From NCBI GenBank assembly GCA_038230375.1, contig JBBRNJ010000053.1:1-64000 (forward strand): DNA of 64,000 nt, given 5' to 3'. The notes under the pieces were generated by a model. The model saw only the letters and a list, made by a program, of their open reading frames with translations. It had not been told where the DNA came from and did not search any database. The translations under genes were made by a program, and so were the position numbers. Shown here piece after piece: positions 39,153 through 49,414 of this stretch; within the stretch, counting starts at the first letter, position 1, and each line of letters opens with the position of its first letter. The DNA is from Polyangiales bacterium (GTDB taxonomy: Bacteria > Myxococcota_A > Polyangia > Polyangiales > Polyangiaceae).

Positions 39153-39929
39153 GTGATCAGCAAAGCAACGGTGCTCATCATCGATGGCGACGAGGGGATG
39201 GCGCGCTCGCTCGCGGCGTTCCTGAAGGAGCGCCGCTTTGCGGCCCACATAGAGCACGAGGCGAAGAAGGGCTTCGACCGCGCACGCGCGCTGAAGCCCG
39301 ACTGTATTGTATGCAATATACAACTACCCGACATCGACGGCTTCTGGGTCGCGCGCAGCATCCGCGCAGAGGCCGGACCGGTGGCAAAGACCCCGTTCGT
39401 CTTCCTGACCGAGGCCGGCGACAAGGAAGCCAGGCTCAAGGGCTTCCGTGTTGGCGCGGACATGTACCTGGAGCGCCCGTACACCCACGAAGAGGTGGTC
39501 GCCCAGATCGAGGCCTTGATCGAGATGGCGGAGCGTCTGCGCGATTTCGAAGCAGCGCCCTCGCCCGCGAACGAGCCTTCGTCGCGCGCGCTCGGGATCA
39601 TCCTGAAGGGTGACATCGCGCGCATGAGCGTGCCCACCGTGCTCACGATGCTCGAGATGGAGCGCCGCACCGGCGAGCTCATGGTCGAGTGCGACGACGG
39701 CAAGATGGCCATCTTCTTCCTGGGAGAGGGCGCATGCACCGGCGCGCGCTATCAGAACCTGCGCGCGAAGCCGGTCGACACGCTGCGCCATGTGCTGAAC
39801 TGGAAGGTCGGCAAGTTCCACTTCATGGTGACGGAGTACCAGAGCCCGGCCTCGCAGGAGACGCCGGTCTCGATGTCGCACATGCTGCTGGAAGCGTCGC
39901 GGCTCAACGACGAAGCGGACGCGAAGTAG
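39153..39929 (+). CDS. Atypical receiver domain plus DUF4388-like domain protein
   Basis: VLIIDGD..PDCIVCNIQLPDIDG receiver; LKGDIARMSVPTVLTMLEMERRTGEL..LNWKVGKFHF..LLEASRLNDE. Confidence 0.85.
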   Translation: MISKATVLIIDGDEGMARSLAAFLKERRFAAHIEHEAKKGFDRARALKPDCIVCNIQLPDIDGFWVARSIRAEAGPVAKTPFVFLTEAGDKEARLKGFRVGADMYLERPYTHEEVVAQIEALIEMAERLRDFEAAPSPANEPSSRALGIILKGDIARMSVPTVLTMLEMERRTGELMVECDDGKMAIFFLGEGACTGARYQNLRAKPVDTLRHVLNWKVGKFHFMVTEYQSPASQETPVSMSHMLLEASRLNDEADAK

Positions 39930-39969
39930 GCGCGAAGTAGCGCGTCGTTCGGAGGCCCGACCAGCGGTC

Positions 39970-40524
39970 TTACTGGATGCACATGACGCCGGGCTTGGCG
40001 CACATTCCGCGAAGGGGGTTGCAGCAGTAGAGCCCGGTGCCGCAGGTGCTGTCGCCGCAGGCCACGCCGCGGACGAGCGTCTCGTGGACGGTGTTGTCGC
40101 TCTTGTCGATGGTGAGCGTGCCGTCCGCGTTGGACAGCGCCTGCGTGTAGTCACCAATGATGCGCGAGAAGTTCAGCGACGGCTTGTCGAACGACGTGAG
40201 CGTGAGCTTCCCGCCGTTCGACTTGTAGACGCCAGTCACGGTGTCCACGTTCGGGCAGGGCGTGGTGATGCAGCGGATGCCGTTGTCGATGCGCGCGGTG
40301 AACTCGTGGCCGTGGACGAAGCCACCGAGCGTCTGCGCGTTCTTCGTGGTGAAGTCGATCGAGAAGATGGGGCCGCTCGCGCTGGCCCAGTGGCCCTTCA
40401 GGCGCGTCACCGAGAGATCCTGCGTCGCGGTGCCGTCCGTCTCGTCCTGGGACGTTTCCGCCGCACAACCGGCAACGGAGAGCCCGACAGTGACGAGGGC
40501 GATGACGAGCTTGCTGACGTTCAT
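39970..40524 (-). CDS. Cys-containing lipoprotein (GIRCITTPCP motif)
   Basis: VAGC lipobox, CITTPC, C-terminal Cys-rich module. Confidence 0.78.
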   Translation of the reverse strand: MNVSKLVIALVTVGLSVAGCAAETSQDETDGTATQDLSVTRLKGHWASASGPIFSIDFTTKNAQTLGGFVHGHEFTARIDNGIRCITTPCPNVDTVTGVYKSNGGKLTLTSFDKPSLNFSRIIGDYTQALSNADGTLTIDKSDNTVHETLVRGVACGDSTCGTGLYCCNPLRGMCAKPGVMCIQ

Positions 40525-40666
40525 ATGCTGGTACCGGCTTGGGAAATGGTCGGGGACGACCCGTTGTGAGACGGTGTAGGTACCACTCTCTTTTCTGTTC
40601 GCAAGGGATTTTTACACCCGCGTAATGATCCTTGTGGGAAAGGCCGGTCCGCGCAAATCTGCGCCC

Positions 40667-41794
40667 GTGCGGAAACCCACGGCGTACTGGGACTACATCA
40701 AGGTGGAGGAGCTGCTCGCGTTGCAGGCAGGGCTCGAGGCGTCCGACGCCGGCCTCACGAACGACGAGGTGCTCTTCATCACGGTTCACCAGATCGACGA
40801 GCTCTGGATGAAGCTCATTCTGCGCGAGCTCGTCACGGTGCGGAACCTCTTCGCCACGTCCAAGGTGCCGGAGCAGGCGCTCGCCTCCGCCGCGCGCGGG
40901 ATCGAGCGGATGGCGCTCTTGCTTCATCACATCGCAGAACACTTCGCGGTGATGGAGACCATGACCACGCGCGACTACCTCGCGTTCCGCGACAAGCTGA
41001 ACCCGGCGAGCGGCTTCCAGTCGGGACAGCTGCGCGAGATCGAGATCCTCATGGGCCTCGCCGACGATGAGCGCATCCCGCTCGGTCACGAGGGCAGCTA
41101 CATGCTCGCGCTCAAGAACCACGACGGCACTGCGTCTTCCGCGAGCAAGCGCGTACAGGCGCGCCTCACCGACAGGCCCACGCTGCGCGACGCCATCAAC
41201 GAATGGATCTATCGCACGCCGGTGCAGGGCTCTGCGCCAGGCCAGCCCGACGACGACGCGAAGGTCGCGGCCTTCATCAACGCATATTGCGCGGGGCACG
41301 CGAAGAGCGGGCAGGCCGCGCTGGAGCTCGCGCTTGCAGGTGCGCTCACGCCCGAGGACGTCACACGGCTCCGCTCCCGCTACGAGAAAGAAGCAGAGAG
41401 CGCGCGCGCGTTCCTCTGCGGCGAAGACGTGCCTGCGGAGAGCCGCGCGAAGGTGTCGCGTACGCGGGCCGCGCTCATCTTCATAGAGAGCTATCGCGAG
41501 TTGCCGCTGCTTGCGTGGCCGCGCGCCGTGCTCGACGCGATCGTGAACTTCGAGCAGGCGTTCGTGATCTTCCGCCAGCGGCACGCGCGCATGGTGGAGC
41601 GCATCATCGGGCGTCGCACCGGCACCGGCGGCTCCGCGGGCGTGGACTACCTGGACCAGACAGCGCTGAAATACCGCATCTTCCGCGACGTGTGGGCGGT
41701 GCGCACCATCCTCGTGAAGGAAGCGGAGCTGCCGCCGCTCGAGAACGCAACGTTCTATGGCTTCGTCGGCGACAGCACGCCTCCGGGCGCGTAG
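40667..41794 (+). CDS. kynA: Tryptophan 2,3-dioxygenase (long form)
   Basis: YWDYIKVEELL, DEVLFITVHQ, YLAFRDKLNPASGFQSGQLR, RHARMVERIIG, GTGGSAGVDYL. Confidence 0.9.
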   Translation: MRKPTAYWDYIKVEELLALQAGLEASDAGLTNDEVLFITVHQIDELWMKLILRELVTVRNLFATSKVPEQALASAARGIERMALLLHHIAEHFAVMETMTTRDYLAFRDKLNPASGFQSGQLREIEILMGLADDERIPLGHEGSYMLALKNHDGTASSASKRVQARLTDRPTLRDAINEWIYRTPVQGSAPGQPDDDAKVAAFINAYCAGHAKSGQAALELALAGALTPEDVTRLRSRYEKEAESARAFLCGEDVPAESRAKVSRTRAALIFIESYRELPLLAWPRAVLDAIVNFEQAFVIFRQRHARMVERIIGRRTGTGGSAGVDYLDQTALKYRIFRDVWAVRTILVKEAELPPLENATFYGFVGDSTPPGA

Positions 41795-41831
41795 GGTTGC
41801 GTAGGTCGGTGCGTGGAGCCGCTAGCAGCTG

Positions 41832-42485
41832 CTAGCGGTTGAGGAGCGCGGTGACGGAGGCCATCACGCCGGCACGTTGCGTGCGGAGGCGCACGTAGAG
41901 GTGGTCGCGATCGGTCTCGATCGCGCCGATGCCGACGATGGGCGTGATGATCTCGAGCGCGCGCCGGATCCGCGGGTTCTTTGCAAGGTTCGGCACCTTC
42001 ATGAGATCGAGCACGATGCGATCGTTCTCGGCCTCGATGATGGCGGCGGGGCGCTTCGGGATGAACTTCACCAGATTGCCGGGCTTCGAGAGGTCGAGCG
42101 CGCCGGACTTGATGAGCGTGGCCACGGGCGAGTCGCTCTCGCCCACGAGCTCCAGCTTCACGTCGCGCAGGCGCACGGTGATGCGCATGGCGTCGGGCGA
42201 GAGGTACACGTCCTCGATGCGGACAGCCGCAGAGGCCCTGACGCTGGTGCCCATGGCATCCACGATCGCGGAGAAGCGGATCGCGGGCGGCGCGGCCGTG
42301 ATCTGCACGTCCTTCGGCGCCTTCTTGCCCGTGGCTACCTCCTTGACGAGGTAGCGCAGCGCCGCGAGCGGGAGACCGAAGCGCAGGGTCGCCAGGTTCA
42401 CCGCTGCGCGCACCACCTCGTCCGGGTTCTTGCGAAGGTAGGACAGGGAAGCGGAGATGAGAGCGCGCGGGTTCGGCCTGGCCAT
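41832..42485 (-). CDS. Hypothetical protein
   Basis: GC3-biased ORF 12 bp downstream of the SDR gene. Confidence 0.75.
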   Translation of the reverse strand: MARPNPRALISASLSYLRKNPDEVVRAAVNLATLRFGLPLAALRYLVKEVATGKKAPKDVQITAAPPAIRFSAIVDAMGTSVRASAAVRIEDVYLSPDAMRITVRLRDVKLELVGESDSPVATLIKSGALDLSKPGNLVKFIPKRPAAIIEAENDRIVLDLMKVPNLAKNPRIRRALEIITPIVGIGAIETDRDHLYVRLRTQRAGVMASVTALLNR

Positions 42486-42497
42486 AGGTCAGCCAGT

Positions 42498-43355
42498 CTA
42501 CTTCACCAGGGCGTCCCAGTGCTCGGCGATTTCTTCGGCCGTCCACACTCCCTGAGACTCATCCTTGAACTTGCCCTGTGTCTCGACGACCTTGAACGCA
42601 TACATGCGCGCGCCGGCCACCGCGAGGACGTGTCCGGTCTTGTCTCCGGAGAGGTGACTCGCGAGGAACAGCGCCGCGGGCGAGACGTGCTCGGGCGTCA
42701 TGGTCGACACGCCGGTGAACATGGGCAGGTCCTCCGTCATGCGCGTCTTTGCGATGGGCGCGAGCGCGTTCACGGGGATGCGGTGCTTCTGCAGCTCGAT
42801 CGACATGGTGCGCGTGAGGCCGTAGATGCCCGCCTTCGCAGCTGCGTAGTTCGCCTGGCCAAAGTTGCCCATCATGCCGCTCACGCTCGTGGTGTTGACG
42901 ATGCGTGCGCGCGCGCCGGCTGCCGTGTCTTCCTGTGCGAGCGCCTGCTTCACGAATGCCTGCGAGCAGAGGAACGTGCCCTTGAGATGCACGCTGATCA
43001 CGGAGTCCCACATGGCCTCGTCCATCTTGAGGAAGCTCTTGTCGCGGAGGATGCCAGCGTTGTTCACCAGGATGTCCGCGCGCCCGAAGGCGGACACAGC
43101 CGCCTGCACCAGGTTCGCCGCGCCTTCGCTCGTGGCAACGGAGTCCGCATTGGCAACGGCCCTGCCTCCCGCCTTCACGATCTCCTGCGCGACCGTCTCC
43201 GCTGCGGACGCGGCGCTCCCGGTGCCGTCGCGCGCCCCGCCCAGATCGTTCACGACGACCTGCGCGCCTTCGCTGGCAAAGAGCAGCGCGTGTGCGCGGC
43301 CCAAGCCGCCGCCCGCGCCAGTGATGATTGCGACCTTGCCTTCGAGGATGCCCAT
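42498..43355 (-). CDS. Short-chain dehydrogenase/reductase (hydroxyacyl-CoA dehydrogenase-like)
   Basis: TGAGGGLG, VVVNDLGG, NNAGILRD, YAAAK. Confidence 0.93.
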   Translation of the reverse strand: MGILEGKVAIITGAGGGLGRAHALLFASEGAQVVVNDLGGARDGTGSAASAAETVAQEIVKAGGRAVANADSVATSEGAANLVQAAVSAFGRADILVNNAGILRDKSFLKMDEAMWDSVISVHLKGTFLCSQAFVKQALAQEDTAAGARARIVNTTSVSGMMGNFGQANYAAAKAGIYGLTRTMSIELQKHRIPVNALAPIAKTRMTEDLPMFTGVSTMTPEHVSPAALFLASHLSGDKTGHVLAVAGARMYAFKVVETQGKFKDESQGVWTAEEIAEHWDALVK

Positions 43356-43455
43356 GGACCCGATGCCCTTATTCCGCCACGCGCTCGGCGTCCACGGTGC
43401 GAAGTGGGTGTTTCTTGCCTGCTATCGCCCTTCCTGCGATAAACTCGGGGTTTAC

Positions 43456-44562
43456 GTGCGCCCGAAAGATCCGAGCAAGACCAAGAAGCTGAGGACGGTA
43501 CCGCTTCCGGTGTCGTCGGCTCCGGCTTCCCCCACCGCGCAGCCGCCGAACATGCCGGGCGCGTCGCCAGTGCCGCCGGTCGCGCTCGGATCGCAGGGCC
43601 GCATCTCCGCGTACGGTCCGCCATCGTCGGACAGCTGGGTGTCGGAGGGGCAGATCGTCACGGAGCGGACCACGGAGCCGTCGCTCACCGTTCCATCCAC
43701 GCACGACATGGCGACAGCCACGCTCACCGTGATCACGGGCTTCAACGCCGGTGAGGTCTTCATGCTCGATGGCGACTCGCTCACCATCGGGCGCGGGAAC
43801 GAGTCCGAGGTTCCCGTCGAAGAGGCCGGCGTGAGCCGCGCCCACGCGCGCCTCAAGAAGGCTGGCGAGACCTGGTTCCTGGAGGACCTGGGCTCCACCA
43901 ACGGCTCGTTCGTCTCCGCGGTCCGCGTGAAGAAGCCGGTCGCGCTGACCCGCGGTGATCGTGTGCAGCTCGGTCCCACGCTGATGCTGCGCTTCGACAT
44001 CATCGACCGGCGCGAGGCGGAGCTGCAGCACCAGCTCTACGAGTCCTCCACGCGCGACGGGCTCACGCGCGCGTACAACCGCAAGTACCTGATGGAGCGC
44101 CTGCAGGCGGAGGTCGCGCACTCGCGCCGCCATCGCGTGAAGATGAGCGTGCTCATCATGGACCTCGATCACTTCAAGATGCTGAACGACACGTACGGCC
44201 ACCTTGCCGGCGACGCCGTGCTGCGCGCCGTCTCCATGACCGTGCATCGCCTCATCCGCGTGGAGGATCTGCTCGCTCGGTACGGCGGCGAGGAGTTCGT
44301 GATCCTTGCGCGCTCCACGGGCCGCACGGAGGCCACGCGCCTGGGCGAGCGCATCCGCCGCACGATCGAGGAGCTCCGCGTGCCGTCTGGCAGCAAGGAG
44401 ATCAAGGTCACGGTGAGCATCGGCGTCGCGCCGCTCAACGACATCAGCGACACCGGCGGCCCGAACGAGCTGCTCGCCATCGCGGACGAGCGCCTCTACC
44501 GCGCGAAGAAAGAGGGACGCAACCGCGTCGTCTCGGTCGATACGGCGGGCTCCACGGAGTAG
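43456..44562 (+). CDS. FHA-domain diguanylate cyclase
   Basis: FHA IGR..VSRAHA..DLGSTNGS; DLDHFKMLNDTYGHLAGD, RVED I-site, RYGGEEF. Confidence 0.92.
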   Translation: MRPKDPSKTKKLRTVPLPVSSAPASPTAQPPNMPGASPVPPVALGSQGRISAYGPPSSDSWVSEGQIVTERTTEPSLTVPSTHDMATATLTVITGFNAGEVFMLDGDSLTIGRGNESEVPVEEAGVSRAHARLKKAGETWFLEDLGSTNGSFVSAVRVKKPVALTRGDRVQLGPTLMLRFDIIDRREAELQHQLYESSTRDGLTRAYNRKYLMERLQAEVAHSRRHRVKMSVLIMDLDHFKMLNDTYGHLAGDAVLRAVSMTVHRLIRVEDLLARYGGEEFVILARSTGRTEATRLGERIRRTIEELRVPSGSKEIKVTVSIGVAPLNDISDTGGPNELLAIADERLYRAKKEGRNRVVSVDTAGSTE

Positions 44563-44589
44563 ACTCCACGGGAGAGGCAAGCTGCTCCG

Positions 44590-46140
44590 ATGCTGAAGCG
44601 TTTCTTGTTCGTGCTGCCGGCGGCGCTCTTCGTCTGTCTGCCCTCGTCGTGCAAGTCGAGCGACCCGGGCGGAAACGCCGACGCGAATGACGCCGGCCCG
44701 GTGGAAGACACACCGCAGCCGCCCGCAGAGGTGACGTTCCCCGCAGGCTTCGCGTGGGGCTCGGCGACCGCTGCATTCCAGGTGGAAAAAGGCCTGACGT
44801 CGACCGACTGGGGCGCGTGGGTGAGGACCGCCGGCAAGATCAAGAACATGGATGATCCGGACCTGTTGGGCCCCGACGCGCTCGCGCACATCGACGACGA
44901 CATCGCGCTGCTCACGCAGAGCGGGCAGAACGCGTACCGCTTCTCCATCGAGTGGGGCCGCCTGTATCCCACGAAGGCCGCGTTCGACGCGGACATGCCG
45001 GACATGGCAGGCGTCACCGCGTACGACACGCTGCTCACCAAGCTCAAGGCCGCGGGCATCGCGCCGTGGGTGACGCTGCATCACTTCTCTTCGCCGTCGT
45101 GGCTGTCGGACCCGAGCATGGCCGACGCGCCGCAGGCCTGGGAGCGCCCCGAGATGACCGCGCTCTTCGTGGAGTGGTGCAGGCGCATCGCCAAGCGGTG
45201 GGGCGACAAGATCGATCACTACATCACCATCAACGAGCCGCTGAACCTGGCCCTTGGTGGCTACGTGCAAGGCAGCTTCCCACCGGGGCAACTGCTCGCG
45301 ATGGATCGCACGTTCGCGGTCGTGAAGGCCGAGGCGAAGGCGCACGCACTTGCGTTCGACGCGATCCACGCAGCGGACACGATCGACGCCGACGGCGACG
45401 GTAAGTCGGCCCTTGTGTCCATGGCGTTCCACCAGCGCGCGTTCCACGCATACGACGCAACGAACCCGGACGACGTCGACGCCACTGCGCGCGTGAAATA
45501 TTTCTGGAACGCGTGGCTGATGAACGCCGTGGTCAAGGGCGACTGGGACGACGACTACGACCAGAAGTACGACGGCCCGAACGACAAGCTGGGCGACCCC
45601 ACCCTGAAGAACCACGTCGACTACCTGGGCGTGAACTACTACTCGGACACGCTCATCGCGCGCAGCCACGGCGTGGTCATTCCGAAGATCAACGCGAGCG
45701 TCATCCAGGATCACATCCAGAACAGCCGACCGAAGAACGAGCTGTGGTGGGACGTCTATCCGCAGGGTATGCGGCAGGTCCTGGACGAAGCGAAGGCGTA
45801 TGGGCTGCCGATCGTCATCACCGAAAATGGCATCGCGGACTCCACGGACGTGAATCGCGCGCGCTACCTCAGTGAGCACCTGCAGCAGGTCGGCGCCGCG
45901 ATCGCAGCGGGCGCGGACGTGCGCGGCTACTTCCACTGGTCGCTGATCGACAACTTCGAGTGGGCGAACGGCTTCTGCCCGAAGTTCGGCCTCTCCGCCT
46001 ATGACCAGAAGACAAAGGTCCGCACGCTGCGAGCAAGCGGCCAGCAGTACAAGAAGATCATCCAGGCAAAAAAGATCGCCCAGTCCGATGTGGACGCCCT
46101 TCCGCCCTACGTCGTCACCCCGGTACACGCCTGCAACTGA
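44590..46140 (+). CDS. Glycoside hydrolase family 1 lipoprotein
   Basis: FPAGFAWGSATAAFQVE, YRFSIEW, TINEP, ITENG, WSLIDNFEW; N-terminal signal with Cys. Confidence 0.93.
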   Translation: MLKRFLFVLPAALFVCLPSSCKSSDPGGNADANDAGPVEDTPQPPAEVTFPAGFAWGSATAAFQVEKGLTSTDWGAWVRTAGKIKNMDDPDLLGPDALAHIDDDIALLTQSGQNAYRFSIEWGRLYPTKAAFDADMPDMAGVTAYDTLLTKLKAAGIAPWVTLHHFSSPSWLSDPSMADAPQAWERPEMTALFVEWCRRIAKRWGDKIDHYITINEPLNLALGGYVQGSFPPGQLLAMDRTFAVVKAEAKAHALAFDAIHAADTIDADGDGKSALVSMAFHQRAFHAYDATNPDDVDATARVKYFWNAWLMNAVVKGDWDDDYDQKYDGPNDKLGDPTLKNHVDYLGVNYYSDTLIARSHGVVIPKINASVIQDHIQNSRPKNELWWDVYPQGMRQVLDEAKAYGLPIVITENGIADSTDVNRARYLSEHLQQVGAAIAAGADVRGYFHWSLIDNFEWANGFCPKFGLSAYDQKTKVRTLRASGQQYKKIIQAKKIAQSDVDALPPYVVTPVHACN

Positions 46141-46239
46141 GCGCTGCCACGACCTGCGCCGACATGTGCGCAGGGGCGAGCGGTGGCTTCGCGCGTTGGA
46201 ACCGCTACGATCTGAGTTCGTCACATCGGGAGGTCGGCC

Positions 46240-46785
46240 ATGCGCGTTGTTCGTTGGGCTCCGTTGTTCGTGCTTCTTGGATGCGTGAGCGGCGCGCCGC
46301 CTGCGCCCACCCAGGAGGCTGCGCCGATCGCCACCGAGAGCGTGAAGGTGCTCGCGCCGGTGACTGCGACGAAGACCGCGGACATTCCGGCTCGTGAGTT
46401 CGACGCCACGCTCGCGCGTGATCCGTTCCGCGTTGCAGCGAAGGAGCCCACGCGTCCGCCGCCGAAGGACGACCGCCCACGGAAGGCCCGTCGGTTCGCC
46501 GTATCGGAGCTCAAGCTCGTGGGTCTGGTCACGCAGACGGACGATCCGCGCGCGATGCTCGTGGACCCGAACGGCAAGGGGTGGGTCGTGGGCAAGGGCG
46601 AGCTGCTCGGCCGCGCGGAGATGAACGGCGACTCGCAGACCAGCTGGCGCGTGGACCGCATCCGCGATGGCGATCTGATCCTGGTCCGCGAGGACCCGGC
46701 GAACGGCAAGGCCGCCCCGGAGACTCGCGTGCTCGCGATGCGCACGACCGTGGCGCAGACGGATGATCGCCTGGAAGACGACTGA
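46240..46785 (+). CDS. PilP-like pilus assembly lipoprotein
   Basis: LLGC lipobox, RDPF, FAVSELKLVGLV..RAMLVDPNGKGWVV. Confidence 0.7.
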   Translation: MRVVRWAPLFVLLGCVSGAPPAPTQEAAPIATESVKVLAPVTATKTADIPAREFDATLARDPFRVAAKEPTRPPPKDDRPRKARRFAVSELKLVGLVTQTDDPRAMLVDPNGKGWVVGKGELLGRAEMNGDSQTSWRVDRIRDGDLILVREDPANGKAAPETRVLAMRTTVAQTDDRLEDD

Positions 46786-46940
46786 GTGGCGCGAAGGGAC
46801 CAGCGGACGCACACACGACCCCCGCTTCGCGCACCGTTTTGTCTCGAAGGCGGCTGAAATAGCGCTCCCCCTTCCGCGGTCTAGCTACCCTGAAGGATGC
46901 TGGACCTTGTTCGCCTTGCGCGAACGAACGGAGAGTTGCC

Positions 46941-49289
46941 ATGTTGAATTCACGGATGCGGCTCGGTGCGTGGGGCTTGCTGGCGTCGCTGTCCATGGCT
47001 GCCGCCGTCGCGTGCGGCTCCGGTGAGACCAGCGCATTCCCCGAGGGCAACGACAATGACGGCTCCGTTGGCAGCGACGACGGGTCGACCATGCCGCCGG
47101 GCTTCGGAGGCCACGACGGGCAAGCGATCACGGACGCCGGTGATGCGTCGACGCTGCCGCTGGTCATCTCGCCTGCTGCTCCCGCGCCGCTCGACGTGAT
47201 GACCGGCAGTCCGCTTCCCACCCTCCCCTTCACGGCGACCGTGAATGGCGCGAAGGTGGCGCCCGTGTGGTCCGTGGACCGCGGTGAGATCGGCTCGATC
47301 AACGTCTCCTCCGGCGTGTTCACACCCACGGGCGCACTGGGTGGCACCGCGAAGGTGAGCGCGACGCTCGGCGCGCGAACCGCGAGCGTGACCGTCACCG
47401 TCAACATGCACGTGGGCCAGAACGGCGCGCTCCCCGGCGATCAGCTCGGCGATGCGGGCGCAGGTGGTGCAGGTGGCGTCGGCGGCGAAGGTGTCGGCGG
47501 CGCGGTGAGCCCGGCGACGAAGACCGCGCTCCTGGGCGCAGCGACCGCAGACAACGCGAGCTTGCTCTACCCGTACGACGCGACGGTGTGGCCGCGCGGT
47601 CTCTTGCCACCGCTCCTCCAGTGGGCTCCCGGCACCGGCGCGGCGGACAGCGGGACTGCCAGCTATGATGCAGTATACATTCATCTGAAAGAGGCCCACT
47701 ACGAGTATCAGGGCTTGTTCTCCGCGACCGCTACGCCGTTCATCCACCATCCGATCCCGCAGAGCGCGTGGACTGCGCTCGCGAACTCGAACCAGGGCGA
47801 GCCCGTCACGGTGTCGCTCACCTTCTCGGTCGGCGGAGCGGCGTTCGGTCCCATCCAGGAGACGTGGACCATCGCGTCCGGCGAGCTGAAAGGGATCGTC
47901 TACTACCAGTCGTACGGAACGCAGCTCGTTCACAACTACAACGGGGCGATGCTGCCTGGCGGCGGCACTGGACCTTTCGGCGCGGCCACGCTGGGCATCC
48001 GCTCGGGTGACACGTCACCATCCCTCGTCGCTGGCGCGAACGGCGGCACCAACCAGTGTCGCGTCTGCCACAACGTGGCGGCGAATGGCGGCACGCTCAT
48101 CACGGGCCAGTTCGACAACGGCGTGGAGAGCGTCTACGACCTGAAGGCCGACGCTGGCGAGACGGTGATGCCGCTCACCACGAACGGACAGTGGGGCTGG
48201 GGCGCGCTCGAGCCGAACGGCAACTACATGCTCACGAACGCCGCCGATATCGCGGCCGCTGTGACGAAGGGCGCCGACACCACGGACAACAGCGGGCTCT
48301 ACTGGGTGCCTGACGGCGGGCCCATCGCGGCCCCGAACCTGCCCACGTTCAAGGCCGGAATGCCCGCGTTCTCTCCGGATGGAAAGCACGTCGCGTTCAA
48401 CTACACGGGCGGCGCTCTTGGCGGTGCGCTCCCCGCGGCTGATGGCAAGTCGCTCGGCGTGCTCGACTTCGATCCAAAGACGTACACGTTCTCGAATCCG
48501 CAGCTTCCGTTCACGCCCACGGTCGCGAACACCGTCGTGGGTTGGCCGTCCTTCCTGCCAACGAACAACTCGATCATCTTCGAGGTGGAGGACAGCACGA
48601 CCGGCTCGGAGGCCTACACGACGCGCTCGGCGAACGACGGGCCCAACGTGAAGCGCGCGACGCTGTGGTGGACCAAGTCCGCTGGTGGCGGCGCCGTGCA
48701 GCTCAATCGGCTCAACGGCTACGCAGCGAACGGCACCACACAGACAATCCCGACGGGTCCCAACAACCACGCCGTGGATGCAAACCTCAACTACGAGCCC
48801 ACCGTGAATCCGATCGTGTCGGGCGGCTACGCGTGGGTCGTGTTCACGAGCCGACGCCTCTACGGCAACATCGCCACGGTCGATCCCGGATGGAGCGATC
48901 CGCGCTACCAGGAGATCCAGGACAAACCCACGACCAAGAAGCTCTGGGTCGCGGCGATCGATCTGAACGCCCCCGCGGGCACCGATCCGAGCCACCCCGC
49001 GTTCTACTTGCCGGCGCAGGAGCTCTTCGCCGGAAACTCGCGCGGCTTCTGGGTCGTCGATCCGTGCCGCAGCGACGGCTCTTCGTGCGCGACCGGCAAC
49101 GAGTGCTGCGGTGGCTACTGTCGCCCCGGCGGCGACGGCGGCGCCCTCGTGTGCTCCAACGCGCAGCCGACGTGCTCGCAGCAATACGAGAAGTGCAAGA
49201 TGGACACGGACTGCTGCGGCAACCAGTCCGGCGCGCTCACCTGCATCAACGGCTTCTGCAGCCAGCCCTCGCCCCCAGGCGTGAAGTAA
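46941..49289 (+). CDS. Myxobacterial TolB-like beta-propeller lipoprotein with Cys-rich C-terminus
   Basis: AVAC lipobox, LLYPYDATVWPRGL, CRVCH, PAFSPDG, WVVFTSRR, KKLWVAAID, Cys-rich tail. Confidence 0.82.
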   Translation: MLNSRMRLGAWGLLASLSMAAAVACGSGETSAFPEGNDNDGSVGSDDGSTMPPGFGGHDGQAITDAGDASTLPLVISPAAPAPLDVMTGSPLPTLPFTATVNGAKVAPVWSVDRGEIGSINVSSGVFTPTGALGGTAKVSATLGARTASVTVTVNMHVGQNGALPGDQLGDAGAGGAGGVGGEGVGGAVSPATKTALLGAATADNASLLYPYDATVWPRGLLPPLLQWAPGTGAADSGTASYDAVYIHLKEAHYEYQGLFSATATPFIHHPIPQSAWTALANSNQGEPVTVSLTFSVGGAAFGPIQETWTIASGELKGIVYYQSYGTQLVHNYNGAMLPGGGTGPFGAATLGIRSGDTSPSLVAGANGGTNQCRVCHNVAANGGTLITGQFDNGVESVYDLKADAGETVMPLTTNGQWGWGALEPNGNYMLTNAADIAAAVTKGADTTDNSGLYWVPDGGPIAAPNLPTFKAGMPAFSPDGKHVAFNYTGGALGGALPAADGKSLGVLDFDPKTYTFSNPQLPFTPTVANTVVGWPSFLPTNNSIIFEVEDSTTGSEAYTTRSANDGPNVKRATLWWTKSAGGGAVQLNRLNGYAANGTTQTIPTGPNNHAVDANLNYEPTVNPIVSGGYAWVVFTSRRLYGNIATVDPGWSDPRYQEIQDKPTTKKLWVAAIDLNAPAGTDPSHPAFYLPAQELFAGNSRGFWVVDPCRSDGSSCATGNECCGGYCRPGGDGGALVCSNAQPTCSQQYEKCKMDTDCCGNQSGALTCINGFCSQPSPPGVK

Positions 49290-49387
49290 CTTCCGGTCCC
49301 GGCGTTCTGCGCTGACGCTTCACCCGTGAAGCCGCATTTCGCCTGGTGGACTCGACCCTCACTGCGGCGCGAGCTGTCATCCGCCCG

Positions 49388-49403
49388 CGGCACGTGGCTT
49401 GCT
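49388..49403 (+). promoter_or_regulatory. Sigma54 (-24/-12) promoter
   Basis: CGGCACG-TGGC-TTGCT, near-consensus; predicted +1 is adjacent to ATG 49415. Confidence 0.65.
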
Positions 49404-49414
49404 CATCGTCGGTC

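Noticed and set aside
43369..46812. 1147-aa minus-strand ORF
   Set aside because: Antisense shadow of three well-supported plus-strand genes; long stop-free antisense frames are expected at this GC content
46786..46840. Possible terminator after the PilP-like gene
   Set aside because: The stem has a long irregular loop and only a short interrupted T tract; too weak to call
47990..48075. CRVCH in the TolB-like lipoprotein as evidence of a cytochrome c
   Set aside because: A single CxxCH inside a propeller-type, Cys-rich lipoprotein; heme attachment cannot be supported from sequence alone
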